A stretch of 29,435 nt of DNA, taken from IMG/VR virus record IMGVR_UViG_3300037722_000646, positions 1 to 29,435 of that record; one strand, written 5' to 3'. The position numbers and the translations under genes were made by a program. How positions within the stretch are numbered: the stretch's first letter is position 1; each line of letters opens with the position of its first letter. The notes under the pieces are model-generated. The model saw only the letters and a program-made list of their open reading frames with translations, was not told the DNA's origin and made no database searches. Positions 1 to 8,735 of the stretch are shown one piece after another. Origin of the DNA: a virus. Taxonomy: Duplodnaviria; Caudoviricetes.

Positions 1-1
1 C

Positions 2-1465
<1,464 letters not shown>

Positions 1466-1470
1466 AAACC

Positions 1471-1495
1471 GTTACAATCGAACTGACCCACTACC
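1471..1495. mobile_element. Terminal inverted repeat of the methyltransferase-carrying IS-like element (left)
   Basis: GTTACAATCGAACTGACCCACTACC. Its reverse complement matches 27929-27953 at 24/25 positions. It ends exactly where the transposase fragment begins. Confidence 0.8.
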
Positions 1496-1720
1496 CGCAG
1501 GTTCACCCGGTTGACCAATGCATTCTCCAAGAAGGCCGAGAACCACGAGGCGGCGGTCTGCCTCCACTTCTTCCACTACAACTATATTCGGCCCCATACG
1601 ACGCTCACCAAGGCGGCTGGCGTCAAGACGACTCCGGCGATGGCAGCGGGACTGACGGACCGGGTCTGGACCTTCGAGGATATGCTGGCCATGATAGACC
1701 CGAACTATCTGTTACGTTGA
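1496..1720 (+). pseudogene. C-terminal fragment of an IS1-family-like DDE transposase
   Basis: RRFTRLTNAFSKKAENHEAAVCLHFFHYNYIRPHTTL...TPAMAAGLTDRVWT is a characteristic C-terminus. It is in frame from 1496, cut by the IR ending at 1495, and has no real start. Confidence 0.85.
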
Positions 1721-1735
1721 AACCCGGCCACTACC
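1718..1735. mobile_element. Right terminal IR of the interrupted IS
   Basis: TGAAACCCGGCCACTACC overlaps the transposase stop. Its reverse complement GGTAGTGGCCGGGTTTCA resembles the other GGTA(G/C)TGG..GTTT ends. Confidence 0.7.
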
Positions 1736-1752
1736 TGGGTCGCCGCTGACGC

Positions 1753-1781
1753 TTGCCAACCAACCGCTTACCCCATACGTT
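1753..1781 (+). promoter_or_regulatory. Sigma70-like promoter for the head operon
   Basis: TTGCCA-N17-TACGTT upstream of the scaffold gene. Confidence 0.55.
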
Positions 1782-1794
1782 AGGGGCAAGCGTC

Positions 1795-1857
1795 GCACGC
1801 AGGTTGAGGCCCACATGAGGCCCCCACGGGAGCAATCCCACGGGGGCCTTTGTCGTT
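1795..1857 (+). promoter_or_regulatory. Structured leader, copy 1 (GCACGCAGG, GAGGCCC x2, hairpin with GCAA loop)
   Basis: AGGCCCCC(1818-25) pairs with GGGGGCCT(1842-49) around GGGA-GCAA-TCCC, followed by TTGTCGTT. Related copies at 6670 and 18632. Confidence 0.55.
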
Positions 1858-1899
1858 CCGGGCGGGAGACCCGCCCCACACTCGGGGGATCCGATTCGC

Positions 1900-2610
1900 A
1901 TGGCGAAATTGGCGGGAGTGGTCGAGTCGTTGGACGCAGTCGAGGAGGGGTATCGCGGGGCCTATGTCGAGCAGGACGGGAAGTTTGTGCTTGACGCGGA
2001 CATCGAGGGGCACCCCGCGGTTGGGGCGCTGAAGCGGGCCCTGGACAGCGAACGCAAGATCACGAAAGAGGCGCTGCGAAAGGCGCAGGCCGCTGGAGAC
2101 CCGGCGGAGATCGAGCGGCTCAAGGCCGAGCTCGATGAGCTGAAAGGGAAGTCCGGTGGAGAGCCGAAGCCCCCGGATGCCGAGAAGCTCCGGAAGAAGT
2201 GGGAAGAGGAGAATGCGCCGAAGTTCAAGGCTCTGGAGGACGAACGGGACAAGGCCCTCGGCGAACTGCGGACCCTCCGGCTGGACGACAAGGTCCGGGA
2301 GTCAGCACTCAAGGCTGGGGTGCTACCGGAGGACATGGACGACGTGCTGTTGATCACCAAGCGGTACTTCACGCTGGACGCGGAGAACCGGGTGGTGATG
2401 CTGGATGAGGACGGGGACCCGACGGGCACGACGCCCGAGAAGTGGTTCACCGATGTGTTCAAGGTCAAAAAGCCCAAGTATTTCAAGGGTACCGGCAATG
2501 CGGGAAGCGGCGCCAAAGGCAGCGACGGGAGACCCGATTCGGCTGCGGAGTTGGACAAGCTGCCCCCCGCAGCACGGCTGACCCGTGCTCGTGCGATGGG
2601 GCTCCAATAG
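1900..2610 (+). CDS. Phage capsid scaffolding protein
   Basis: Charged coiled-coil protein directly before the MCP, with LKRALDSER and a C-terminal KPKYFKG..GSGAKGS tail typical of scaffolds. Confidence 0.8.
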   Translation: MAKLAGVVESLDAVEEGYRGAYVEQDGKFVLDADIEGHPAVGALKRALDSERKITKEALRKAQAAGDPAEIERLKAELDELKGKSGGEPKPPDAEKLRKKWEEENAPKFKALEDERDKALGELRTLRLDDKVRESALKAGVLPEDMDDVLLITKRYFTLDAENRVVMLDEDGDPTGTTPEKWFTDVFKVKKPKYFKGTGNAGSGAKGSDGRPDSAAELDKLPPAARLTRARAMGLQ

Positions 2611-2637
2611 CATCACCCCAACGCGGAGTAGTGCCTC

Positions 2638-3567
2638 GTGGCCCTCACACTGGTAGAAGCCGCCAAACTCGAAAGCGGCACCGTCCTGCAGCGGTCGATC
2701 ATTGAGATGTTCGCCCGTGAGTCCGACATCCTGCGTACCCTGCCGTTCCAGCCCATCGCAGGCAACGCGCTCAAGTACAACCAAGAGCAAGCCCTCCCGG
2801 GGATTGCCTTCCGCGGCGTCAACGAGGCGTACTCGGAGTCCGTCGGCGTCCTGAATCCCAAGGTCGAGCCGCTCGTGATCGCCGGGGGGGACCTCGATGT
2901 GGACAAGTTCATCGTCTCCACGATGGGGCCCGAACAGCGGGCGACCCATGAGCAGATGAAGGTCAAGGCCCTGGCCGCCGAGATCACGCGGGCGTTCATC
3001 AAGGGCGACTCGCAGACCGAACCCCGTGAATTCGACGGCCTCCAGGCGCGCCTGACCGGCGGGCAGCTGATCGACGCCGGGTCGGCATCGGGCGGCGACG
3101 CCCTCTCGCTGGCCCTACTCGACGAGCTGATCGACGCCGTCGATTCCCCAACCCACCTCATCATGTCCAAGGCGATGCGCCGGCGGCTAACGGCTGCTGC
3201 TCGGACGACCACGGTAGGGGGCTACGTGACCTACACCCAGGACGAGTTCGGTCGTCGGCTCGCGCAGTACAACGACCTGCCGATCCTGGTGCCCTACAGC
3301 GAGAACGGCGGCACCGAACCCATCGCCTTTGACGAGGCCAATCCGGGGGGCGGGTCGGCCGTCGGCACGTCGATCTACTGCGTGTCGTTCGGCGAGGGCC
3401 GACTCCAGGGAATCCAGAACAAGACCATGGAGGTCACCGACCTCGGCGAACTGCAGACCGCGCCGGTGTACCGGACCCGTGTCGAGTGGTTTGCGGGGAT
3501 CGCCGTGTTCCACGGCCGAGCCGCTGCTCGGCTCCGTGGCATCAAGAGCGCCGCGGTTGTGGCGTAA
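2638..3567 (+). CDS. Major capsid protein (HK97 fold; resembles the epsilon15 gp7/BPP-1-like group)
   Basis: 309 aa with MALTLVEAAKL, LPGIAFRGVNEAY, GGDLDVDKFIV, EFDGL and AAARLRGI, placed after the scaffold. Confidence 0.88.
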   Translation: MALTLVEAAKLESGTVLQRSIIEMFARESDILRTLPFQPIAGNALKYNQEQALPGIAFRGVNEAYSESVGVLNPKVEPLVIAGGDLDVDKFIVSTMGPEQRATHEQMKVKALAAEITRAFIKGDSQTEPREFDGLQARLTGGQLIDAGSASGGDALSLALLDELIDAVDSPTHLIMSKAMRRRLTAAARTTTVGGYVTYTQDEFGRRLAQYNDLPILVPYSENGGTEPIAFDEANPGGGSAVGTSIYCVSFGEGRLQGIQNKTMEVTDLGELQTAPVYRTRVEWFAGIAVFHGRAAARLRGIKSAAVVA

Positions 3568-3573
3568 GTCACG

Positions 3574-4083
3574 ATGCCAGACTCCTTCAGCTTCCAAGTG
3601 ACGAGCTCGGCGGGCGCCGGGCTCAAGGACTTCGAGGAACTCCCGATTACTGGAGAACTCGAGGTGTCAGGGACCACGCTGCGCCTGGCGGTCCCCAAGA
3701 TCAAAGTGCTGACCGAAACCCATCTCGCCTCCAGCTTCACGGACGGGGGGACCACGGTGGGCACCAAGACGTTCACGGGGAGCCTTCCCGCCGGGGCGGT
3801 GATCTTAGGGACCAAGGTCCTGGTCCCTGCCGGGTTTGCGGGGGACACGACGGCCGCCCTCACGATCGGCGACGGATCGGACGTCGATCGGTACAACACC
3901 AGCACGGTGGACATCTTCGCGACGGCGGCGGCGGGTGTGGAGTCGGGGGTGCCGAGTGGCGCCGTGCTCCAGGTCGCCGCCGTTGCCCCGGTCCTCACGG
4001 TCACGTCGACGGCGGATTTCACCTCGGTGGTCTCCGGGGGCGGGTCGGTCACGGTCAGCATCTACTACATCCAGACGGTCTAA
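3574..4083 (+). CDS. Putative capsid decoration/cement protein
   Basis: Beta-rich (LPAGAVIL...ALTIGDGSDVDRY...VTVSIYY), immediately after the MCP. Confidence 0.55.
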   Translation: MPDSFSFQVTSSAGAGLKDFEELPITGELEVSGTTLRLAVPKIKVLTETHLASSFTDGGTTVGTKTFTGSLPAGAVILGTKVLVPAGFAGDTTAALTIGDGSDVDRYNTSTVDIFATAAAGVESGVPSGAVLQVAAVAPVLTVTSTADFTSVVSGGGSVTVSIYYIQTV

Positions 4084-4098
4084 CGGAGGCACCACACC

Positions 4099-4533
4099 AT
4101 GTCCCAGCAAAAGAATTACACGTTCGACAAGAGCCTGCAGTTGAAGGACGATGGCCTGGTGGCCGCGTCGGCCGCTGCGGAAGTGGCGTCGGTGGCCAAG
4201 ATCCTGGACCTTGGGGATGGTCGCGTCGACGCCGTGGTGGTCTTGGACATCAGCGCGATCGAGGTCGCGTCGGGTGACGAGTCGTACCACATCGAGGCCC
4301 AGTTCTCCAATGACTCGGCCTTCGGCTCCACCAACATCGTGGGGTCGGTCCTCAAGACCGGCGACTCGAGCGTCAATTTCGGGTCGGCGGATACCGTCGT
4401 CGGGCGCTACGAACTGCCGGTCACGAACGAGTTCGCGGGCACCCGGTACCGCTACATGCGGCTCTACACGCGCATTGCCGGGGCGATCGCGACGGGCATC
4501 AACTACACCGGCTGGCTGGCTGTGGCGGCGTAA
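4099..4533 (+). CDS. Putative capsid cement/decoration protein (jelly-roll-like)
   Basis: SD GGAGG; ILDLGDG...YRYMRLYTRIAG...INYTGWL; head-module position. Confidence 0.6.
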   Translation: MSQQKNYTFDKSLQLKDDGLVAASAAAEVASVAKILDLGDGRVDAVVVLDISAIEVASGDESYHIEAQFSNDSAFGSTNIVGSVLKTGDSSVNFGSADTVVGRYELPVTNEFAGTRYRYMRLYTRIAGAIATGINYTGWLAVAA

Positions 4534-4534
4534 A

Positions 4535-4903
4535 GTGGACCACAAGGTTTTGGTACGGGAACGTGCGACTGGTCAGGTCATTCGTGCTTGGCCGGTTGAC
4601 GCCCGCGAACTGATCGCGTCCGGCGAATTCGAGGCGGGGGACGACGCGTCCGAGCGCATTGCACTCGGGGAGGCGGCCTTTCCGTTGGGGCCCCGTGTCA
4701 CGACCACCCTTGGGAAGATGGGTCAGGCGACGCCTCTCCCGCTGACCAAGCCGACGACGACAACGACGATCCACGTCTCGGAATCCGTCGGCACGACCTC
4801 GGAATCCATCGGCACGATCCTATTCGAGGTTCCCGACGTGCCCACTAAGGCCAAGCCCCGGACCCGGACCAAGCGCTCGGCCAAGCCGAAGGGCAAGAAG
4901 TAA
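4535..4903 (+). CDS. Small phage head-region protein
   Basis: GTG start one base after the previous stop; WPVDARELIASGEF motif and a basic K/R-rich tail. The ORF track's 4151 start appears over-extended. Confidence 0.55.
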   Translation: MDHKVLVRERATGQVIRAWPVDARELIASGEFEAGDDASERIALGEAAFPLGPRVTTTLGKMGQATPLPLTKPTTTTTIHVSESVGTTSESIGTILFEVPDVPTKAKPRTRTKRSAKPKGKK

Positions 4904-4906
4904 CCG

Positions 4907-5431
4907 ATGGCCGTCGCGCTCGTGGCCACCGTCGGCGGGGCAAATAGTAATTCATACGCCACGCTGGCGGATGCTGCGACGCTCGCCGAGGAGCTCTGGC
5001 CGACCCCGGTCTCCTGGCTGGCCGCCGGAGATCAGGACACGCGGGCTCGCTGTCTGGTGGAGGCGACCCGCATCCTGGATACCCTGACCCCGCCCGGGGC
5101 CTTAGCGGCCACGACGCAGGCCCTCCGGTGGCCCCGGGAAGGGGTCTCCAAGCAGGGCGGATCAGGTGAGTTGTACCTGTCAACCGAGATACCCGCCGAT
5201 GTGATCCGGGCCCAAATCCTCTTGGCCATGTGGCTGCTCGACCAAACGACCGATCCGGCGCTGGCGGCGGACGCGGGCCTGTCGTCCATCAGCTTCGGGG
5301 GTACGCTCAGTATGTCCTTCGAGCCGGGGGCTACGGGCAAGAGCCCGCTCGAGCGGTTCCTGTACCAGCGGATCTTCCCGGTGCTGGGGCCGCTGGTCTA
5401 CATGCCGCAACCCCGGATCGTGCGCGGATGA
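4907..5431 (+). CDS. Head-tail connector/adaptor (DnaT-like phage family)
   Basis: ANSNSYATLADA...LVEATRILD...QALRWPR...IPADVIRAQILLA. Confidence 0.75.
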   Translation: MAVALVATVGGANSNSYATLADAATLAEELWPTPVSWLAAGDQDTRARCLVEATRILDTLTPPGALAATTQALRWPREGVSKQGGSGELYLSTEIPADVIRAQILLAMWLLDQTTDPALAADAGLSSISFGGTLSMSFEPGATGKSPLERFLYQRIFPVLGPLVYMPQPRIVRG

Positions 5432-5760
5432 ACCTCGGCGCGTTGGTTGAGTCCGCGTTCCGCCGGGCGCCTCAGGGCGTGACGGGTGACGTGATGTTTA
5501 CGGCCACGGATGGGCGGACCACCACGGGCTTGGCCTGTGGGGTGCCAGAATCGGGATCGAGCGGCGACGGGTTCAAAGAGCGGCAGATGGTGCGTCACCG
5601 GGCCCGGCGGTTGACGGTGCTCCCCGTGGGCCTCGCGTTCGCGCCGGAGCCCGGGATGATTGCGGAATGGGCGGGGATGAAGTGGACGGTCTTGTCGGCT
5701 CCACCGCTAGCCCCTGATGGGGCCACCGTCCTGAGTTACGACGTGGTGCTGCAGCGATGA
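5428..5760 (+). CDS. Head closure/head-tail joining protein
   Basis: ATGA overlap; PEPGMIAEWAGMKWTVLSAPPLAPDG...YDVVLQR; neck position. Confidence 0.6.
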   Translation: MNLGALVESAFRRAPQGVTGDVMFTATDGRTTTGLACGVPESGSSGDGFKERQMVRHRARRLTVLPVGLAFAPEPGMIAEWAGMKWTVLSAPPLAPDGATVLSYDVVLQR

Positions 5761-6242
5761 AGGGCGATCTCGGGACGTTCACGGCCGACCTGTCCCGGTG
5801 GCAGGCCAAGTTGCCAGGTCAAGCTGACCTCCTGGTGCAGGGGTTCAGTCAGACCGTGTTCAACGAGGTGCAGTCGGGCGGGAAGTACTCGCCGGGAACG
5901 CCGATCGCGAGCGGGTTCGCGCGGGCCAACTGGGACGGGGGCGTCGGGGCGATCCCGAGCAACCCGCCGACCATCACCGCCGAGGCGGCCGAGGCCAACC
6001 CGGCGGCTGGGCGAGCGGCGGCAGCCGAGGCAGGACGACGGACGGCAACCGCGATCCTCACGGCCAAGGCGGGCGATCGGATCTACCTGTCGAACACGGC
6101 GTGGTATATCCGCCGGCTCGAGTTCGGGTGGTCGACGCAAGCGCCGGGTGGCTTCATTCGGTTGGCGCTCAACTCCGCCCAGGCGATCGCCGACGAGGTC
6201 GGTGCGTTTCTGGTGAAGCGGGGCCTCCGTGGGGCTCAGTGA
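5757..6242 (+). CDS. HK97 gp10-like tail completion protein
   Basis: TPIASGFARANW...IYLSNTAWYIRRLEFGWSTQAPGGFIR. Confidence 0.8.
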   Translation: MKGDLGTFTADLSRWQAKLPGQADLLVQGFSQTVFNEVQSGGKYSPGTPIASGFARANWDGGVGAIPSNPPTITAEAAEANPAAGRAAAAEAGRRTATAILTAKAGDRIYLSNTAWYIRRLEFGWSTQAPGGFIRLALNSAQAIADEVGAFLVKRGLRGAQ

Positions 6243-6660
6243 GGATCTGCGGACCGCTCTCGCCGCTCGCGTCGGCACAGTGGCCGGGATCCCCGGAGCC
6301 GACTACCGGGCAGGGGAGAACGCGGTGTTCGAGCCCCCGATCGGGGAGACGTGGCTCCGGGAGACGCTGGTGTTCGGGGCCCGGACCCGCCTGACGGCTC
6401 CCGCCGATGGGGCCTGGCTGCAACACACCGGGCTGTACTTAGTGGATGTGTTCCACCCGGAGAACCTGGGGCCGGGCGCGGCGGACACCTTGGCGGACGC
6501 GGTGCTGACCCAGTTCGCGGACGGGCAGCAATACACCACGCCGAGCGGGTTGCTCCGCATCACCCGGGCCACGCGCCGGGGCGGATTCCGCGCGGAGGGC
6601 TGGTATCAGGTGCCGGTGGAAATCGGCTGGGAAATCGAGACGGTGCAGACGGTGATGTAA
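6229..6660 (+). CDS. Tail terminator-like protein
   Basis: ENAVFEPP..WLR...GLYLVDVFHP...WYQVPVEIGW, directly before the tail tube. Confidence 0.7.
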   Translation: MGLSEDLRTALAARVGTVAGIPGADYRAGENAVFEPPIGETWLRETLVFGARTRLTAPADGAWLQHTGLYLVDVFHPENLGPGAADTLADAVLTQFADGQQYTTPSGLLRITRATRRGGFRAEGWYQVPVEIGWEIETVQTVM

Positions 6661-6669
6661 TCACCCCAC

Positions 6670-6730
6670 GCACAGCAGGATCACAGTAGGCTCTGAGGCC
6701 CCTGAGGCCCGAACGGATCAGGGGGATCTC
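6670..6730 (+). promoter_or_regulatory. Structured leader, copy 2, before the tail tube gene
   Basis: GCACAGCAGG...TGAGGCCCCTGAGGCCC. CCCCTGA pairs with TCAGGGG, which overlaps the likely RBS. Confidence 0.5.
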
Positions 6731-7945
6731 ATGGCCATTGCGGCGGGCGTCAATAAGTCGGTACGGATCAAAAAGGAGTCGGTGTTCGGCACGGCGCCGG
6801 GCGCGACCGGGGCCGTCCTGCTCCGCCGGGTGACCTCCGGGATCGATCTGGTCAAAGACACCTACGAATCAGCGGAAATCGTCTCGACGTTCCAGCGGTC
6901 GGACTTCCGCCACGGGACCCGGCGCGTCGAAGGATCGATCGACGGGGAACTGTCGCCCGGCACCTACCAGTTGCTGCTGGCGGCTGCGCTCCGCAAGGAC
7001 TTCGTGGCCGGCGCGACGACGGGAGCCATTACCACCGTCACGGCGGCGGTCGGCCCGCCGGGCACCTTCACTCGGTCCGCCGGCTCCTATCTGACCGACG
7101 GGTTCAAGGTCGGCGACATCGTCCGCTGGACCGGGTGGGCCACGGGCGGCACAAACAACAACGCCCGCAACTACCGGATCACGGTGCTCACCGCCACCGT
7201 CATGACCGTGACCGGCCTCCTCGACGAAGTCGTCGCGGCCAAGGCATCGGGCGACTCGGTGACCTGCACCGTGGTCGGCAAGAAGAGCTTCACTCCGGCC
7301 ACTGGCCACACGAACGACTCCTTCTCGGTCGAGCACTGGTTCTCGGATGTCGCCCTGAGCGAACTGTTCACCGGCTGCCGAGTGCGGAGCCTGGGCGTGC
7401 GGCTCCCCGCCACGGGCCTCGGCACACTGACGATCGGGCTGCTCGGTCAGAACATCACGACCGCCGGAGCGGCCTACTACACCTCACCCACGGCCGCCCC
7501 CACCACGGGGATCGTGGCCGCCGTCAATGGGGCGCTCCGGTTCGGCGGGTCGGACATCGCCACCGTGACGGGCATCGAACTCAACCTCGACGGCGGGATG
7601 ACCACCGAGGCGGTGGTCGGCTCCAATCAGAGCCCAGACGTGTTCCCCGGGATCGTGGCGGTCTCCGGTCAGGTGACGGTGCTGTTCGAGAACGCCACCC
7701 TGCGGGACCTGTTCCTCGATGAGACCGAAGCCGAGTTGTGGTCGTACCTCCGGCTGTCGAGCGCGATCAACTCCGACTTCCTGAGCTTCCACCTGCCCCG
7801 CATCAAGCTGGGCGGGGCACAGAAGAGCGACGGACTCCAGGGGCTGGTGCAGACGATGCCGTTCACCGCGCTGTACAACAGTGCGGGCGGCTCCGGGCTC
7901 GCCGGCGAAGCCACGACCTTGACCATCCAGGATAGTACGCTCTAA
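6731..7945 (+). CDS. Major tail (tube) protein with an inserted beta domain
   Basis: IKKESVFGTAP...LRRVTS...SAEI...VEGSIDGELS...VSGQVTVLFEN...FHLPRIK; insert GSYLTDGFKVGDIV...NNARNYRIT. Confidence 0.85.
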   Translation: MAIAAGVNKSVRIKKESVFGTAPGATGAVLLRRVTSGIDLVKDTYESAEIVSTFQRSDFRHGTRRVEGSIDGELSPGTYQLLLAAALRKDFVAGATTGAITTVTAAVGPPGTFTRSAGSYLTDGFKVGDIVRWTGWATGGTNNNARNYRITVLTATVMTVTGLLDEVVAAKASGDSVTCTVVGKKSFTPATGHTNDSFSVEHWFSDVALSELFTGCRVRSLGVRLPATGLGTLTIGLLGQNITTAGAAYYTSPTAAPTTGIVAAVNGALRFGGSDIATVTGIELNLDGGMTTEAVVGSNQSPDVFPGIVAVSGQVTVLFENATLRDLFLDETEAELWSYLRLSSAINSDFLSFHLPRIKLGGAQKSDGLQGLVQTMPFTALYNSAGGSGLAGEATTLTIQDSTL

Positions 7946-7977
7946 CCCACGCAGGACCGGGCGGGAGGCCCGTATCG

Positions 7978-8397
7978 ATGACGATGGATTTGGCACAGTT
8001 GACCCCCGTCGAGGATGGCGTCCCGATGGAGGTGGTCCACCCGGAGACCGGGCAGGTCCTCCGGGATGAGTCCGGCCAGGCGGTGACGATCACCCTCCTG
8101 GGTGAGGACAGCGAGGTCTACCAGAGCATGGAGCGGGCCAGCACCAACCGGCGGCTGAAGCAGGCGCAGCGTGGCCGGCGCGGCGGCCTGACCGCCGAGC
8201 AGCTGGCGGCCGAAGCGCTGGAACTGGTCGTGGCCTGTACGGTGGGCTGGTCGGGGGTGGTGTTCGCGGGCGGGGTGTTGGCGTACTCGGAGGCCAATGC
8301 CCGGAAGCTGTACACCGCGTTGCCGTGGTTACGGCGGCAGGTGGAGCAGTTCATCGCGGACGCTGCCAATTTTTTCGGCTCCTCGAAGACGAGCTGA
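7978..8397 (+). CDS. Tail assembly chaperone (gpG-like)
   Basis: HPETG...ITLLGEDS...ACTVGWSG...WLRRQVEQFIADAANFF, between tail tube and tape measure. Confidence 0.8.
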   Translation: MTMDLAQLTPVEDGVPMEVVHPETGQVLRDESGQAVTITLLGEDSEVYQSMERASTNRRLKQAQRGRRGGLTAEQLAAEALELVVACTVGWSGVVFAGGVLAYSEANARKLYTALPWLRRQVEQFIADAANFFGSSKTS

Positions 8398-8726
8398 TCG
8401 CCTTCGCCACGCACCAGTTTCGGCTGGAACAACGGCAGAAGGACGGTAGCTCGCTTCGAGAGCACCTGGAGAGCGCGGAGGAGCAGACCGGGCGGACGCC
8501 GGCGGAGTTGGTCAGTCCCGTGTTGCCCTACGAGTTGGAAGGGGTGTGGCGCGATTTCATGGACCTGGCGGGGCGCCGGAGCATGGGGCCGATGGGGCCC
8601 GCCCCGCTGACCTATCGAGACCTGGCCGCCTGGGCCACGCTGACCCGGCGGGTCCTGATCCAACCGGAGATCCGGATGCTGTCGCGGCTCGATGACTGCT
8701 GGCTGGCCAGTCTAGCGAAAGAGTAG
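8370..8726 (+). CDS. Frameshifted C-terminal extension of the tail chaperone (gpGT-like)
   Basis: T TTT TTC heptamer at 8370-8376. The -1 frame is open to 8726 (DGSSLREHL...VWRDFMDL...PLTYRDLAAW...LD) and has no good independent start. Confidence 0.72.
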   Translation, partial: FFRLLEDELIAFATHQFRLEQRQKDGSSLREHLESAEEQTGRTPAELVSPVLPYELEGVWRDFMDLAGRRSMGPMGPAPLTYRDLAAWATLTRRVLIQPEIRMLSRLDDCWLASLAKE

Positions 8727-8735
8727 GAGCACGCG

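Noticed and set aside
1736-1745. Target-site duplication pairing the 1735 and 26621 ends, or the 1495 and 27929 ends
   Set aside because: The flanks do not match (TGGGTCGCC vs CGGCGGTTC; CGCAGGTTC vs TCGTCTCGA).
4777-4820. Short in-frame duplications (SESVGTT here, PPEEPV near 18766, ALDRDNE near 23075)
   Set aside because: Ordinary 21-bp slippage duplications in linkers with no shared sequence.
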